Positions 50,557 through 63,830 of a stretch of DNA of 64,000 bases are shown in pieces. Under the pieces are notes generated by a model. The model saw only the letters and a list, made by a program, of their open reading frames with translations. It had not been told where the DNA came from and searched no databases. The stretch is taken from positions 10,783,812 to 10,847,811 of the forward strand of contig NC_092675.1 of the NCBI RefSeq assembly GCF_964355755.1, read 5' to 3'. Every line of letters begins with the position of its first letter. The first letter of the stretch is position 1. The position numbers were made by a program, and so were the translations under genes. The stretch comes from Antedon mediterranea. Lineage: Eukaryota; Animalia; Echinodermata.

Positions 50557-52290
50557 TAATAATAAATGATAATAATAAATGAAGACTTATATAGCGCCGG
50601 TATCCTCCACCCATGTGGCGCTCATGGCGCTTTGTGCATTAACAACGTGCGAGAACATCAGCGAATAGCGACGTCTTTAGGTTGGTCTTGAAACTGTTTA
50701 GACTAGTTGAGCATTTAACTGTTGCTGGTAAGCAGCCCACGAAATTCAGAAAAAAGAAGGTCGGCAATTTTTTGCCGACCTTAAATTCGCCAAGGTCGGC
50801 AGTCTCGGCAGTTCTAAAAATAGAAAATTCACCAAGGGCCAAGGCCTAACCTCTTGCTAACCTAAAGGCCTAGCTAGGCCTAGCCTCCCTAGCTTTATAT
50901 GTTATGCAAAAAGAACTAGCAAAATTAACTAAAATATAAAAACCTAACACTAAAATTTACAAGATAAAATCTATTTGATAATTGCTGAACATCATGGTTC
51001 TGGAGCTACCCGTACACAGAGCATAGTTGCTTGCTTGGCATAACAGGGTATTCCCCTACACAGGTCTGTCGCGCAGCGCTGTGCCCAGCCAGCTTGGTTG
51101 ATAGGAGGAGGAAAGCATGCAGCACACAAAATGATGTAATGGTTGAGTGAATTCAGGGATCATCTTAATTCCATGGTTTGTTAAATAAACACAACATGGT
51201 GGTGAATATGCCTGTTAAAATTTCAATGATACGATCCCTTAAAGTACCATGTTGTTGCTAGGAGGCTGGAAAGGAGGGATCTAGCCTAGTTTCTAGGTCG
51301 GCAATCTCTTGCCGTCCTCTGACAATTTAAGGTCGGCAATTGCCGATTGCCGACGTGAAATTCGTGGGCTGGGTAAGCTGTTCCATACACTTGCGGCCGC
51401 AACGTAAAAAGATCTCTGACCCCACTGATTTTTCGCTCTACGCTCTTGAAGGTTTTGTGACAATGATCGTAGGCCTCTGCGGGATGATTCGTAACGATCC
51501 ACAAGGTCAGATAAATAAGCAGGAGCACTGTCATTTAGGATCTTGAATACAAACAACGCAAGTTTGTACTTAATACGTTGTTGAACAGGCAACCAATGCA
51601 AATCCATCAGGACAGGAGTTATGTGAGCGTTTGATTTTGTATAAGTTACAATTCTAGCTGCCATATTTTGCAAGCGCTGCAAACGTTGTATTTGAGATTT
51701 TGGTATGCCAAACAACAAGGCATTACCAATGTCAATTTTAGAAGTGACAAATGAGTGTACAATCAATTCAGCTGTTTTCTTGTTAAGATTACCTCGAATA
51801 CGACCAAGGTTCCTAATCGATATGCATGCTGCTTTGGATACAGTTGTTATTTGTGCTTCCATAGTGAGATTACTATCCAGCATGATTCCCAGATTCCGGA
51901 CCACCGATGAGGGAGCGATGTTAGAGTTTCCGATTCTGATATGTGTGATGTTGATTTTGGAGATGTTACATTTAGACCCGACGATAATAAACTCTGTCTT
52001 TCCATCATTCAACTTTAGGTAATTTGTTGTCATCCAATTGCGAACATCTTCTATACAGGCTTCCATCTTACTGATTGCTGCAGCAACATCCCTTTGCACT
52101 GGATTTACTGACACATAAATCTGTGTATCATCTGCATAGAAATGGAAATGTAGACTGTGTTTGCGAATAATGTCACCAAGGGGAAGCGTATAAATGGAAA
52201 ACTGGCCAGGCCCAATTACTGACCCCTGTGGTACACCATATTCCAGGCAAGCTTCATCTGAGAATGCATCATTGATACAGACTAGCTGAC
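50557..52290 (-). mobile_element. L2/CR1-group LINE, 5'-truncated and interrupted
   Basis: [10 protein letters not shown]...[32 protein letters not shown]; 3' end gcgctatataag followed by an (att)n tail; reading frame resumes across the 50733-51371 insertion. Confidence 0.93.
50733..51371. mobile_element. hAT-like MITE with 6-bp TSD inserted in the LINE ORF
   Basis: ggtaag|cagcccacgaa ... ttcgtgggctg|ggtaag; subterminal ggtcggcaat motifs. Confidence 0.88.
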
Positions 52291-53312
52291 GTGCTAGTTA
52301 AATAAAAAAGTCGTATTTTGCGTCATAGTTCATCACATTTAAACGAGCGCGCATCAATATTTCACGTTTTCAAATTTCTTCTACACGTTAATATGTTAAA
52401 AATTCATCTGTGATGAGATATTTCATTGCAGCATGGCAGCACTGTAAAATAAATCTACCTTCTAACTAGTAATTACAAAAATTAAACCAACTTTTACCAA
52501 TTTACCAACTTTTTAAAACTGTAAGTTTTAAATTATACTGTACAAGTGCTAAAGATGGTTCTCAATCAGATATTCTGTGTTTTCATAATTGATGGCAATA
52601 CCTGTACCGTAAAATAAACTTTTTTTTGGATCATAACTACAGTTATGAATACATACAAATTAAAATAACAGTATATTATATTGCAAGTCAATTTATTACA
52701 ATACAGTGTGTACCAGGACTAAAACAACGAAAATCTTGCATTGTGACTTTAGACTATAAGACATCTACATCATTATATTTTATATATTAATAAGCAAATC
52801 TAAATCTTGAATTAATATTGACTACAGCATTGCTTTCATTTGAAACAATTTTGAATTGTGCCTATTTTTACTAATTTTCCGTGAAGAAATTGAAACATAT
52901 GAAAATAATACAAAACAGTAAAACATAAAAGATAATTCATATTATCACATATGACCTTTATAGTATAAAGTAATACTACGGTAATTAAATCTATACATTA
53001 TATTTGCCTGTTGTCAAGCAAGTCTGGCATGACCATACACATCTATAAAAAAAAATGTGTAAATAAAAAATACTGTACATTAAAACATACACTCTATATA
53101 ACTATGCATATTAAATATGCAACATAAAAGATAATTAACATGACCTTTATAGTATGACGTAATCAAATCTTTAAAATGAAATCTATACTATAATGGCAAA
53201 TTAAAATTATATCATTCATTTTCAAATTGTTAGTTTAATTTAAATATGATTTGTTCATGTTATTATAAATATATCATAAATAAATAATGCATCCATGTGG
53301 AAACTAAATGTA

Positions 53313-53633
53313 CAGTAAAACCTCAAAAAGAAGCCCATGGGCTTCTTTTTTAGTACTCTTAGGTGGGCTTCTTTTTTAGTACTCTTAGGTAGGCTTCTTT
53401 TCAAGATTTGATTTCTTTTTTAAATGAATGCTGTACATTTTGTGAATTGATACTATAATATAGGATTTTTAGACATTTCCTGCCACTGTTTAGTGTTACA
53501 TATTTGTGATCAAAAATAATATTTTTACTGTAAAATGAATGTACAATATAAACTTGATCGTATATTATATCTGCATCACAAGTGATCTGGCACCTTGTCC
53601 CAAAGAAGGGCCTTCTTTTTGAGGTTTTACCAT
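53313..53633. mobile_element. Tc1/mariner(pogo)-type MITE
   Basis: cagtaaaacctcaaaaagaagccc ... gggccttctttttgaggttttac. Confidence 0.7.
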
Positions 53634-54787
53634 AGGTGAGACAATCTGACTTGCGAGTCATAAAATCAAAAATTATTTTTGTTTACAAGAAGAAATCACA
53701 TCTTCACAGACATAGTAATCTGAAAACATTATGCCATACAGACTCCCGGCATATTTATGGAAAGCCAAACCCGCCAAAAATACATAATACATACCATCCA
53801 CCAATAATTAATTCGTACAAAATTCAAACCATCCAATATTATCTCATGCAGTTCAATGAAAACTTAAACCATTCACCTAGTATCTACACCATCCAATACA
53901 ATGTGTGACCATCTACCACTAGCCCAAACGACAATACGCCGAACAAACTACCCATAACACAAACCATCTAAAGAATGTTGAGCCCAGGCAGCAATAATTG
54001 AATTAATCTAACGTTAATACAAGTATATATTAGCCAACTCATTTATCAACATTTCATGTAGTTCATGAACATTTCAAACAAAGCATCTTAATTTTAGTTC
54101 ATCGAATTATAATTCTAATTCATTGCCTGTTTTATACACCGTTCGTCTGTTCAACAGTTGAAACAACTGTTTTGCACACGATACGCCCGTTCGTGAGTTC
54201 AAACCATGATATTTGAAGCATCGACTTTCCAAACAGCGATTTTTCGCACCGAACGTATTTTCTTGAGTTAAAGTGGTTGCATTTCAATCACTTGCTTTTG
54301 ATTGGCCAGTATTACACACCGTTCGCTTGTTCGTGATTTCAAACCATGATATTTGAAGCATCGACTTTCCAAATGGCGATTTTTCGCACCGAACGTATTT
54401 TCTTGAGTTAAAGTGGTTGCATTTCAATCACCTACTTTCGATTGGCCAGTATTACACACCGTTCGCTTGTTCGTGATTTCATGTGATAACATTTCATTCG
54501 ACAATTTTTCAAACGTTAGTTTTTGACTCTGCTTACGTATATGTCAGTTGATATACTATTTTTTAATTTTCATACTTTCCATAGTCAGTTTTGTACATCA
54601 TTCGCATTTACGCATGTAAAGTGTAGATATTCCACTCGACAAGTTTTAAACGGTAGTTTTTCGCACATTTATTGTTTTATTGTTAAATTGTAACTGTTGG
54701 CGCCGATTTAATATTGAGGGGCGGGGGGTGAATGTCAACTTTACGACTGTATGACACTTACTTAGGCCTAGGCCTACGTTACACACA

Positions 54788-54832
54788 CAGGGAGATGTAA
54801 ACTAATTTATAAATTTATTTTACATCTCCCTG
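54788..54832. mobile_element. 45-bp hairpin micro-element
   Basis: gttacacaca|cagggagatgtaaa...tttacatctccctg|gttacacaca. Confidence 0.75.
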
Positions 54833-55027
54833 GTTACACACATTATCACAAACTTAAATAATGGAAAAAAAACAGAATGAAATAATATAATTTAGCTTGT
54901 GGGCCTGTTACAATTTTACGCCCCACAACTAGGCCCGGGGTAACACCCACCTCACCCGCCTGTGGGGGAGAGACAGGGGAGAGAGAGAGCTGGTGTCGTG
55001 CTTCTCTCTCCCCCCCCTGTGCGGCGG

Positions 55028-55412
55028 GCGTAATTTTTTTTTCCAGGACGAACGTGGGGGCAGAAATCATGAATAATTCATAATTAATTATGACGTAATA
55101 GGGAACATTATAGAGGGCGCTATATAAGAATGCAGAGAGATTAAATAATTAGTGTAAACAACGTTTGCCAACCGAAATGTTTGGTCTAGTGGTAAAGGCT
55201 TTAACCTATTACGCTGAAGCCCTCGGTTCGAGCTCTTTCATGAACATATTTTTTTTAATAGTTGAGAGAGATTATTTAGAGGGTTAGGTTTAGTATATTT
55301 AGGAAGTAGATCAGCTATCTTTCAATTCTTTATAATATAAAATAATTAAGGTAATGAATTATTCATGACTTCAGTCTTCTGCCTACGTTCGTCCTGGAAA
55401 AAAAAAACACGC
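55028..55412. mobile_element. MULE-type MITE containing a tRNA-like segment, nested in the foldback spacer
   Basis: 9-bp TSD gtgcggcgg; TIR gcgt..tttttttccaggacgaacgt; A-box tggtctagtgg and B-box ggttcgagc at ~55182-55233. Confidence 0.85.
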
Positions 55413-57177
55413 GTGCGGCGGCTGCTAGATGAGGCCGGTCTAGAGCCATTTTCTGCTCTGTGCTCTCTATGATGCATAAATTAACTGTTGTTGAGAAGCT
55501 TCCATTTGTTTACGGGGTAGGCCTATTTTTTTTAAATAATGACATTCATTATGTTTTATAGACTATAGTGGAGACGTAATTAATAAATATCCGAATAAAC
55601 ATATTTTACGAATATTTATCATGGATTAAATAAAAACATGTGTATTGTTATTAAATCATAATTATTTTGTTATTCATCATGCATTAAATAACCCAACGTG
55701 TAGAGGTACCATATTTAAAAATGTGTACTGTTCAAATTCAGTACCGAACACCTCCCCCCCCCCCCCCAATATAAAATCGGCGCCAACAGTTACAATTAAA
55801 CAATAAAAAAAAAACTACCGTTTTAAAACTTGTCGAGTGGAATATCTACACTTTACATGCGTAAATGCGAATGATGTACAAAACTGACTATGGAAAGTAT
55901 GAAAATTAAAAAATAGTATATCAACTGACATATACGTAAGCGGAGTCAAAAACTAACGTTTGAAAAATTGTCGAATGAAATGTTATCACATGAAATCACG
56001 AACAAGCGAACGGTGTGTAATACTGGCCAATCGAAAGTAGGTGATTGAAATGCAACCACTTTAACTCAAGAAAATACGTTCGGTGCGAAAAATCGCCATT
56101 TGGAAAGTCGATGCTTCAAATATCATGGTTTGAAATCACGAACAAGCGAACGGTGTGTAATACTGGCCAATCAAAAGCAAGTGATTGAAATGCAACCACT
56201 TTAACTCAAGAAAATACGTTCGGTGCGAAAAATCGCTGTTTGGAAAGTCGATGCTTCAAATATCATGGTTTGAACTCACGAACGGGCGTATCGTGTGCAA
56301 AACAGTTGTTTCAACTGTTGAACAGACGAACGGTGTATAAAACAGGCAATGAATTAGAATTATAATTCGATGAACTAAAATTAAGATGCTTTGTTTGAAA
56401 TGTTCATGAACTACATGAAATGTTGATAAATGAGTTGGCTAATATATACTTGTATTAACGTTAGATTAATTCAATTATTGCTGCCTGGGCTCAACATTCT
56501 TTAGATGGTTTGTGTTATGGGTAGTTTGTTCGGCGTATTGTCGTTTGGGCTAGTGGTAGATGGTCACACATTGTATTGGATGGTGTAGATACTAGGTGAA
56601 TGGTTTAAGTTTTCATTGAACTGCATGAGATAATATTGGATGGTTTGAATTTTGTACGAATTAATTATTGGTGGATGGTATGTATTATGTATTTTTGGCG
56701 GGTTTGGCTTTCCATACATATTCTAAAAATTCTCCCAACGCTTATTATACAACTAGTTTGTATTCATTATTATTATAAACTGTACTAAGGATATTGCGTA
56801 AAACCAAATCAATAAATTAAATTCTCAAAATTCTTTTTTGTATATAAAGGTTATATGCCCCTAAAACCCACCTCATATGTTTACATAGGCTTTCCTATAA
56901 AAACCTTGTTCAAACTACTATTAAATTAAAATGTTGTTGCCAAGCAAGACTGCTGTGACAAAACATGTGTTTAAATAAGATGCACTCAGAAATAATATGC
57001 ATATTATATACAGCAGAGACATAGGTTTATTTTATTCTGTATAACTGTATGAGATGAGAGCTTATTTTCAAATCTTCACAATTCAATCTGAAAAAAAAAA
57101 TATAAATACATTTTTTGAAACACATCTAAAATATCCCTGCAATTTGTTTATTTTGATGTTGTCATTTAAACATTAAA

Positions 57178-59760
57178 GGGTCATTCCATCTCAGATCACC
57201 CAATGAGTTAAACCCTACCTCTTCCAATTTTGATGAAATTTGGTATATGGGTGATTCATAGCAATTAAAGCGAAAATTTCAAATTTTAACTTTATCGTAC
57301 CAACGGTTTTCGAGATATAGCAATTTAAATTTTCGGTTTTTACGCAAATAAAGGGCGCGTCCGCCACGTTTCAAAGAGCTGTATCTCGGGAACTATAGGT
57401 TCGATTTTAAAAACAAAGGTATTTTTGTAAAGGGGAGACAATAAGGAATCTAAATATACTAATTGTGTGTGTTTTATGTTAATTTTAAGTTGAATAAAAC
57501 TTTGACATATATTTTGACCTTGAAATTGACCCCGTGGAACACGCCCGATTTGTTGATGACCATCACGAAAAATGTAGCCCTACGTGTCAACTACAACATA
57601 TAAAAAAATTGGAGGGGTTTTTTTCTTTGTTTCCATGAAATTACAATTTGAAGTTGACATACCTCTTCCTTTTAGTGTATTTTTGGTGTCTGTCCATGCA
57701 TTACTTCAATGTCAATTTGATGTATTCCAAAAATAATTTTATTTACAAACTAAATATCATTATAATGTTACAATTGTCTATGTCTGGCCTTTACTCCTTG
57801 TCATCTGGCCAATTCAAACAGTATTTAGAAATGTTGTGGCGATCATTTTGGGAAATACTGTAATTCCTAGTCGAAGAGGATTTTATAAACGGAGAGGCTA
57901 TAATACAATGTACATTTGATTCAGGAATCCAACAACAGTCTTCTTTGGACAGCCAATAAAAGGTTTTCGCTGGCCCATGAGGATGCATAAATTTAATTTG
58001 ATAATCCCCAAACTCTTCTGAGACATCCACAACCAAACCAATCCATGGGACACCATCATAACTACAGCACACAAAATTCTGAAGTCTAATAATGGTGGGT
58101 TGTGTATCAGCAACAATTTAATTTTCATCACTGAAACTTGAAAGATTCTTGAATCACAACCACATCCGGAGGGTTTATCTGGGTACTAAGTTTGTAGACC
58201 TGCATCTGTGCCAGAGAAACAGGAGCAAAGCGATGATATTGTAATGTACCCTTGATGGTCTGGGTGAGGTTGAATCTTGGCTTTATTTCTTTTTCCACAG
58301 TAGATACCTCATCTATTCCCACATGAAAAAAGTTGATGCCTGGAATGTCCATATGAGCGAGTCATATGGCCGAGCGGTTAAGGCAGGGGTGCCGTTTACC
58401 GTACCTAAAGAGCCAAGAACAACATCGGCAAGGGTTCGAGGCCGACTCGCTCCTAGTTCTGGTGGTGGAACAAGTCTTCTCGGATAAGGACTATAAACCG
58501 TAGGTCCAGTGTACACAGTTATAACCTGTGTGTACTTTAAAGAACCCAGTTCATTATTCGAAAAAGAGTAGGGGTTACCCCAGTGAACTGGTTCACACAA
58601 TAGCCCCTGTATCAGGGGGATTACCACCTATCTGATAGGACACTGATTAGTTCACTATTGGTAATCCTTGGCCACATTGCCTAAAGACTTAAAATAAAAA
58701 TTAAAAATTACACAGTAGTCGAACATACTGAGAGATGTGAGAATATGACATTCAGTCAAACGCTGTAAGCTTCTCTTAGTGACAAGCCTCTTAACTGTTC
58801 CACCTATGCCATCACATGCACTCTTGCCATGTGATGTAGCGAAAAAATTCCACTCGGCGTCTAAACCAAAATCTTCCTGGTGGTGGCAAAGGTTAATAAA
58901 GTTATATTTGTTTTTGCATTGGCTGCCACATCCATCTGTGAAATAATGAACTTTTTTCATGGTTGGTAGTTTTGTTTTTAAATAGGGGATGACAACCTTT
59001 AAAAAGGCCTATACAGTTAACTGTTGTATGTTCTCTGCAATCACTTATTATGCATATGTTAATGTGCATAATAACATAGTAAGGACACTAAACTATGTGT
59101 CAAAATTGATTTGAAAAGTATGTGAGTTACCCAGTATTTCTCATATCAAAATATATCTACTGTTTAAGTGGGCCTGATGAGAAAGCGTAACAATAAGACA
59201 CCTTAACAGTTAGTGTTCACACTGTGTATAAAGTATAACAACACCAAAAATACACTAAAAGGAAGAGGTATGTCAACTTCAAATTGTAATTTCATGGAAA
59301 CAAACAAAAAAACCCCTCCAATTTTTTTTTATGTTGTAGTTGACACGTAGGGCTACATTTTTCGTGATAGTCACCAACAAATCGGGCGTGTTCCACGGGG
59401 TCAATTTCAAGGTCAAAATATATGTCAAAGTTTTATTCAACTTAAAATTAACATAAAACACACACAATTAGTATATTTAGGTTCCTTATGGTCTCCCCTT
59501 TACAAAAATACCTTTGTTTTTAAAATCGAACCTATAGTTCCCGAGATACAGCTCTTTGAAACGTGGCGGCCGCGCCTTTTTTTGCGTAAAAAACGAAAAT
59601 TTAAATTGCGATATCTCAAAAACCGTTGGTCCGATAAAGTTAAAATTTGAAATTTTGGCTTTAATTGCTATGAATCACCCATATACCAAATTTCATCAAA
59701 ATTGGAAGAGGTAGGGTTTAAAATTCCATTTTTTTTGGGTGAACTGAGATGGAATGACCC
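57178..59760 (-). mobile_element. Sola2-like DNA transposon, internally deleted, with transposase remnant
   Basis: taaa|ggg...ccc|taaa; ~510-bp TIRs; YFTDGCGSQCKN...WNFFATSHGKSACDGIGGTVKR and C-terminal IKFMHPHGP...W pieces. Confidence 0.9.
58355..58707 (+). mobile_element. tRNA-derived SINE of Deu/Nin type, inserted in the Sola2 transposase
   Basis: Head gagcgagtc...gactcgctc with A-box tggccgagcgg and B-box ggttcgaggcc; core ggataaggactataaaccgtaggtcc...ttcgaaaagagtagggg; A-rich tail. Confidence 0.85.
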
Positions 59761-60535
59761 TAAATGTAAAAGTGGAAAATGTTTTTTAAATTCAATAATC
59801 TCATATTATTAGTATGTAACACTGAAAACCAACTCGTAGAATGCAACATTTGCTGTGATACCAAAATCTATCACCGACGGGAAGTGGCAGGTTTGTGCCG
59901 ATGAATATTTTTCATTCAATAACAATTTTACTTAGGATGGATTGAATGTCCATTAAATGTGGCACACACCGCCCATACTATTGCAGGTGTGTGCTTAAAG
60001 GGAGGTTCAACAATGCTACTTGTTTTATACCAAACTAATACAAGGTACAATTTTTCCCTATTGTTCAACAGTAGATATACGACAAAAAACATCAATCAAT
60101 ACCAATAGGTCCCGTTTTGTTAACACACATTGTTTATGTTGGTGCCAGATTTATTTAAATAATTACACCCACTATGTTTGAATGTATTAAAACAAAAAAT
60201 AGCACACTTTCTCAGTGGTTAAGTCCCCCCATTTATTTGTCACATAAAGTCTAGCATAAACAGAGCTTTAGAATCTCTAAATTATTAATGAATTTCATGG
60301 TAATAATAAACCAAAAGGTATGGTATGTGTGCAAAACAAAAACAATGTGGGTCTCACTCTCACCATTAAAGATGCTAATGATATCAAAATTGAAGAAAAA
60401 AAAATGGCATTGAATTCCAAAAGAAATATACTAATTTTATATAGTGGATTGAAGATACTGAAAAAAACATGTATAAACTAGATGCAGTTGTAAAAATAAA
60501 AGTAATAGTAAATACAATTGTTGAATACTTACTTT

Positions 60536-60652
60536 TTACCATACCATAAATTCAACATCATCATTTCCACAAAAAATCATAAAGAATGCTAAAATTGTCA
60601 AAAAACACCAAGTATTGCCAAATAAAACCATAGCCATAGCTCCCCATTTGAT
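60536..60652 (-). CDS. leprotl1: Last coding exon of LEPROT/LEPROTL1 (OB-RGRP/endospanin, Vps55 family)
   Basis: ttttttcag|IKWGAMAMVLFGNTWCFLTILAFFMIFCGNDDVEFMVW*; phase 0; not shown in the ORF track. Confidence 0.88.
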   Translation of the reverse strand: MKWGAMAMVLFGNTWCFLTILAFFMIFCGNDDVEFMVW

Positions 60653-61589
60653 CTGAAAAAAATAACATGAATATTGTACAATATGAATGATACGGTAAGC
60701 AAAGAAAACTACATTTGAACTTTTGACGAGTTAGGTTATCTGCACAAAAGCAACATGCACAAATAACAAAATATAAGCAAGACACTAGACCTACATTTTT
60801 TTTACCTAATTTAAGGTCACACACTACATTTTATGTAAAAATAAATACTACCGTATATGGACCTATTGCGATAATTGGTTAAAATTAAAAATTTGAAAAA
60901 TAAGTTGATTCTAATCATTTTAGCGGCCCGCTATAAATCCCAACATGCATCGTGCGCGGATTGATATATTCATATTGTGATGTGATGCACCCACTTTGAC
61001 CAATCGTGTGAAAGGATAAACAGATAAAAGAACCATAACTTTTCAGCTAAAATACCGGATTCTGCCAAAAAAGGAAAGACAATTTATTTAGCAACAGGAC
61101 ATCACCTAGCATACGATGTCCATACGTTACCGCTCTTTACAAGCTATGCCTAACTAAGCTAGGCCTACAAAACATCAACAATTGCAGGTGTAGTGTCTTT
61201 AATATATGTCTTTCTATAATCTGAACCTGTTTATTGTGAATTTTGGGTTGTGCAAAGTTTGCCTCATTATTAACATTTTGTTAAATAACTATATTTTTGT
61301 TGTATGTGGCCGTCAGTAAACAAATAAAAATAGCCTCTTTTTAATTTAAGAATTTTATTTAAAAAGGACAATAAATAGGCCTAGTATAACAATAGTGGTG
61401 GTTTAAATATCACAGCTCCACACACCTTACATGTCACCAATGCAGGATTTGCAGGAGTTGCAACTAGGCCTAATATCATTGTTCTGAACGTAGTTGGCCT
61501 ACAAATTAATGCATTGTTCGTATATTATCGTAGTCGGCGGCATATTACAGAACGATGTTTATGATAAATATGTTTATAATAATTTCTTT

Positions 61590-62259
61590 ATTTCCTAAAT
61601 TTTGTAGCCACCCTATGCACCGGTTAGTCCGATCTGGCCGGACGGACGTTCACCGACGAGACGACAGCGTGGGTCCCATTGACTCATCGAACCTAGGAGA
61701 CTAGGCCTTAGGCGACCTACGCTCTAGGCCTAACTGATTTAATCATACCTTTACTTTAGATTAGCGATTTATAAAAACACCTAGATGCCTAGGCTAGGAA
61801 CAATATATATTCCATGTTAAGATTTAACGATATGTGTAAACAAAAAGGGCAAACCATAATTTGGAGGAAAAAAGACAGTTTCTGGTCATGCGACACAAAA
61901 TCTAGGTACTGTTGTATGTACATCTTTTGTTTAGCATGCTTTATTCATATGGCTGCATGCATCATCCACCGCCTTCACGCACGCGCTGAGGTTATTGACC
62001 ACGGCCGGCCTTACTGACAACGAAGTTGTGGTATGTCAACAACAGAGTATCGCGTTTCATTCAATGTGACCCAAAAATCTAGGTCTGTATTAATTACGTT
62101 CTTCTCTTTCTGCAGTCCCTTTGAGCGATCGATCGTTTTGATACTATATTTAGAATTAGTCAGTGGTAAATTAAATTCAACCGGTTGCAGTGTCTTGAAA
62201 TTAGCTTTAGACTGGGCAGGAGGCTTTTAGGCAGCGCGGGACCGCCTGGCTCCGCCCTG
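61590..62259. mobile_element. hAT-like non-autonomous element in the LEPROT intron
   Basis: Reverse-complement similarity to 17330-17860; end cctggctccgccctg; left boundary uncertain. Confidence 0.55.
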
Positions 62260-62371
62260 CACAATTACATCCCTGCAGTGGGATCCTGAATAAATTTCTA
62301 TAAATAGGTTCATCCAGGTAAAGCTAGGTATGAGTCACAGAAAGTACATTTATTTTGAATCCAATACTTAC

Positions 62372-62564
62372 AACACCACTATGCGCCAATACAAACGGGA
62401 GAGCATAAGCTGACACCACTATTCCTGTTGTAAGGAAAAGACATATTTCATGTAGTGCATTGCTAGGCCCACCAGAACCATAATCAGATTCAGTAAGGCG
62501 TTGAGATATCCACATTGGCATTGGAGATAGAAGGTAGAATACCAATACAAACATTGGCCACCAT
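62372..62564 (-). CDS. leprotl1: Penultimate coding exon of LEPROT/LEPROTL1; upstream exons not found in the window
   Basis: ttctattacag|a [16 protein letters not shown]...[25 protein letters not shown]|gtaagt; the [12 protein letters not shown] motif is typical of the family. Confidence 0.92.
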
Positions 62565-63830
62565 CTGTAATAGAAAAATCAATTTTATAAATCAACAGAA
62601 ATGTGACAGAAAAGTAATAATTATACATAAAAACTGTGACTAGGATCATGCATTATGTTATAAGTATTTTACCCACTCTTCATAATGACTGCTCCCATCC
62701 AAATCTCTAATTAAACAATCCCTCTAAATTAAATGACAACTTTACTGGTAACCATATTTTGACAACGTATTAGACGTGTACATGATATCAGAACAATTGC
62801 GAAATTGTTCTGATTTTTCAATGCACACACGCTGTACAGCCATCGTTATAAATGTCTCTCTTGTGCATAAGAAAACCTACCCGATGAGTTTTCACTGTTG
62901 TTAACATGTAAGTAGAAGCTATTATATAATGTCACTTCAATTGCTAATGTTTCGGTTTACAAGTCGCACCTGTGTATAAGACGCACCCATATGGATACTG
63001 AAATTTAGTATTTTATATGTAGTCGATGTACAAGACGCACTTATTTCTAGGCCAAAATTTAAATATTTTACAAATAAACCAATGGTTTTTTAATATTAAA
63101 ACTATTCATTTTACTATAATAGTATTATTTGCCTTTATTACATCGTAGTCAGTCTCTACTTCAAGTGAACGTTCCAAAAAAGGGAAATCCCCACATTTCT
63201 TCAGTTACGATGCACTGTGTGGTGGGCTAGCCTATGTCTATTTAAGTTACTTAAATTGCAAATTATTTAAATAATATATACCTTGTTATTGTATGTACAG
63301 TATAACCATTATATAAAATCAATCCAAATGATGCTCATTTTCTAGGGCCAATAATGAACCAGGAATATCATGTACGGTATATGAAAATCTTGCCTAGATT
63401 TCCATATGCATGCATACAAGGAGCACATGGTTAGTGTTCTCGCCTCATACAGACTAGCCTCTGTATGCATGCATATGGAAATAGGTCTTGCTTGGCCAGC
63501 ACTGTTGGCCATTTACATAATGAGATTTGGGGGAGCTTCTTGACATTTAACAACAAGCTCTTCTAGATGTCGCTTGGCATACAAACAATTGCCTACATAA
63601 TTATAAAAATATGTGATTGTTGACATAGAGATGTAATAAAATAAACCATGGTGATCAAGGGAAATAGTTATTCTACAATTAAAATGTGACACCACCGTAT
63701 TAATGGACTCTTCCATAAATGCGCGGATTGATAGTTTCATATTGTGATGTAATGCAGCCACTTTGACCGACCGCGTAAAAGGTAAACAAAGAAAAGAACC
63801 GTAACTTTTCAGAGAAAATACCAGGGGCCG

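Larger units (their letters stand above)
53756..56716. mobile_element. Foldback non-autonomous DNA transposon with ~970-bp TIRs (IS3EU-like)
   Basis: catatt|tatggaaagccaaacc ... ggtttggctttccata|catatt (6-bp TSD); arms nearly identical, each with a 140-bp tandem duplication. Confidence 0.92.

Noticed and set aside
55170-55242. Functional tRNA gene
   Set aside because: Acceptor stem does not pair; embedded in a MITE
53756-56716. Polinton/Maverick
   Set aside because: 6-bp TSD and long TIRs fit, but the termini are not AG...CT and there are no polB, integrase or capsid remnants
58355-58453. Functional tRNA gene
   Set aside because: No canonical anticodon arm; continues into a SINE core and tail and interrupts a transposase
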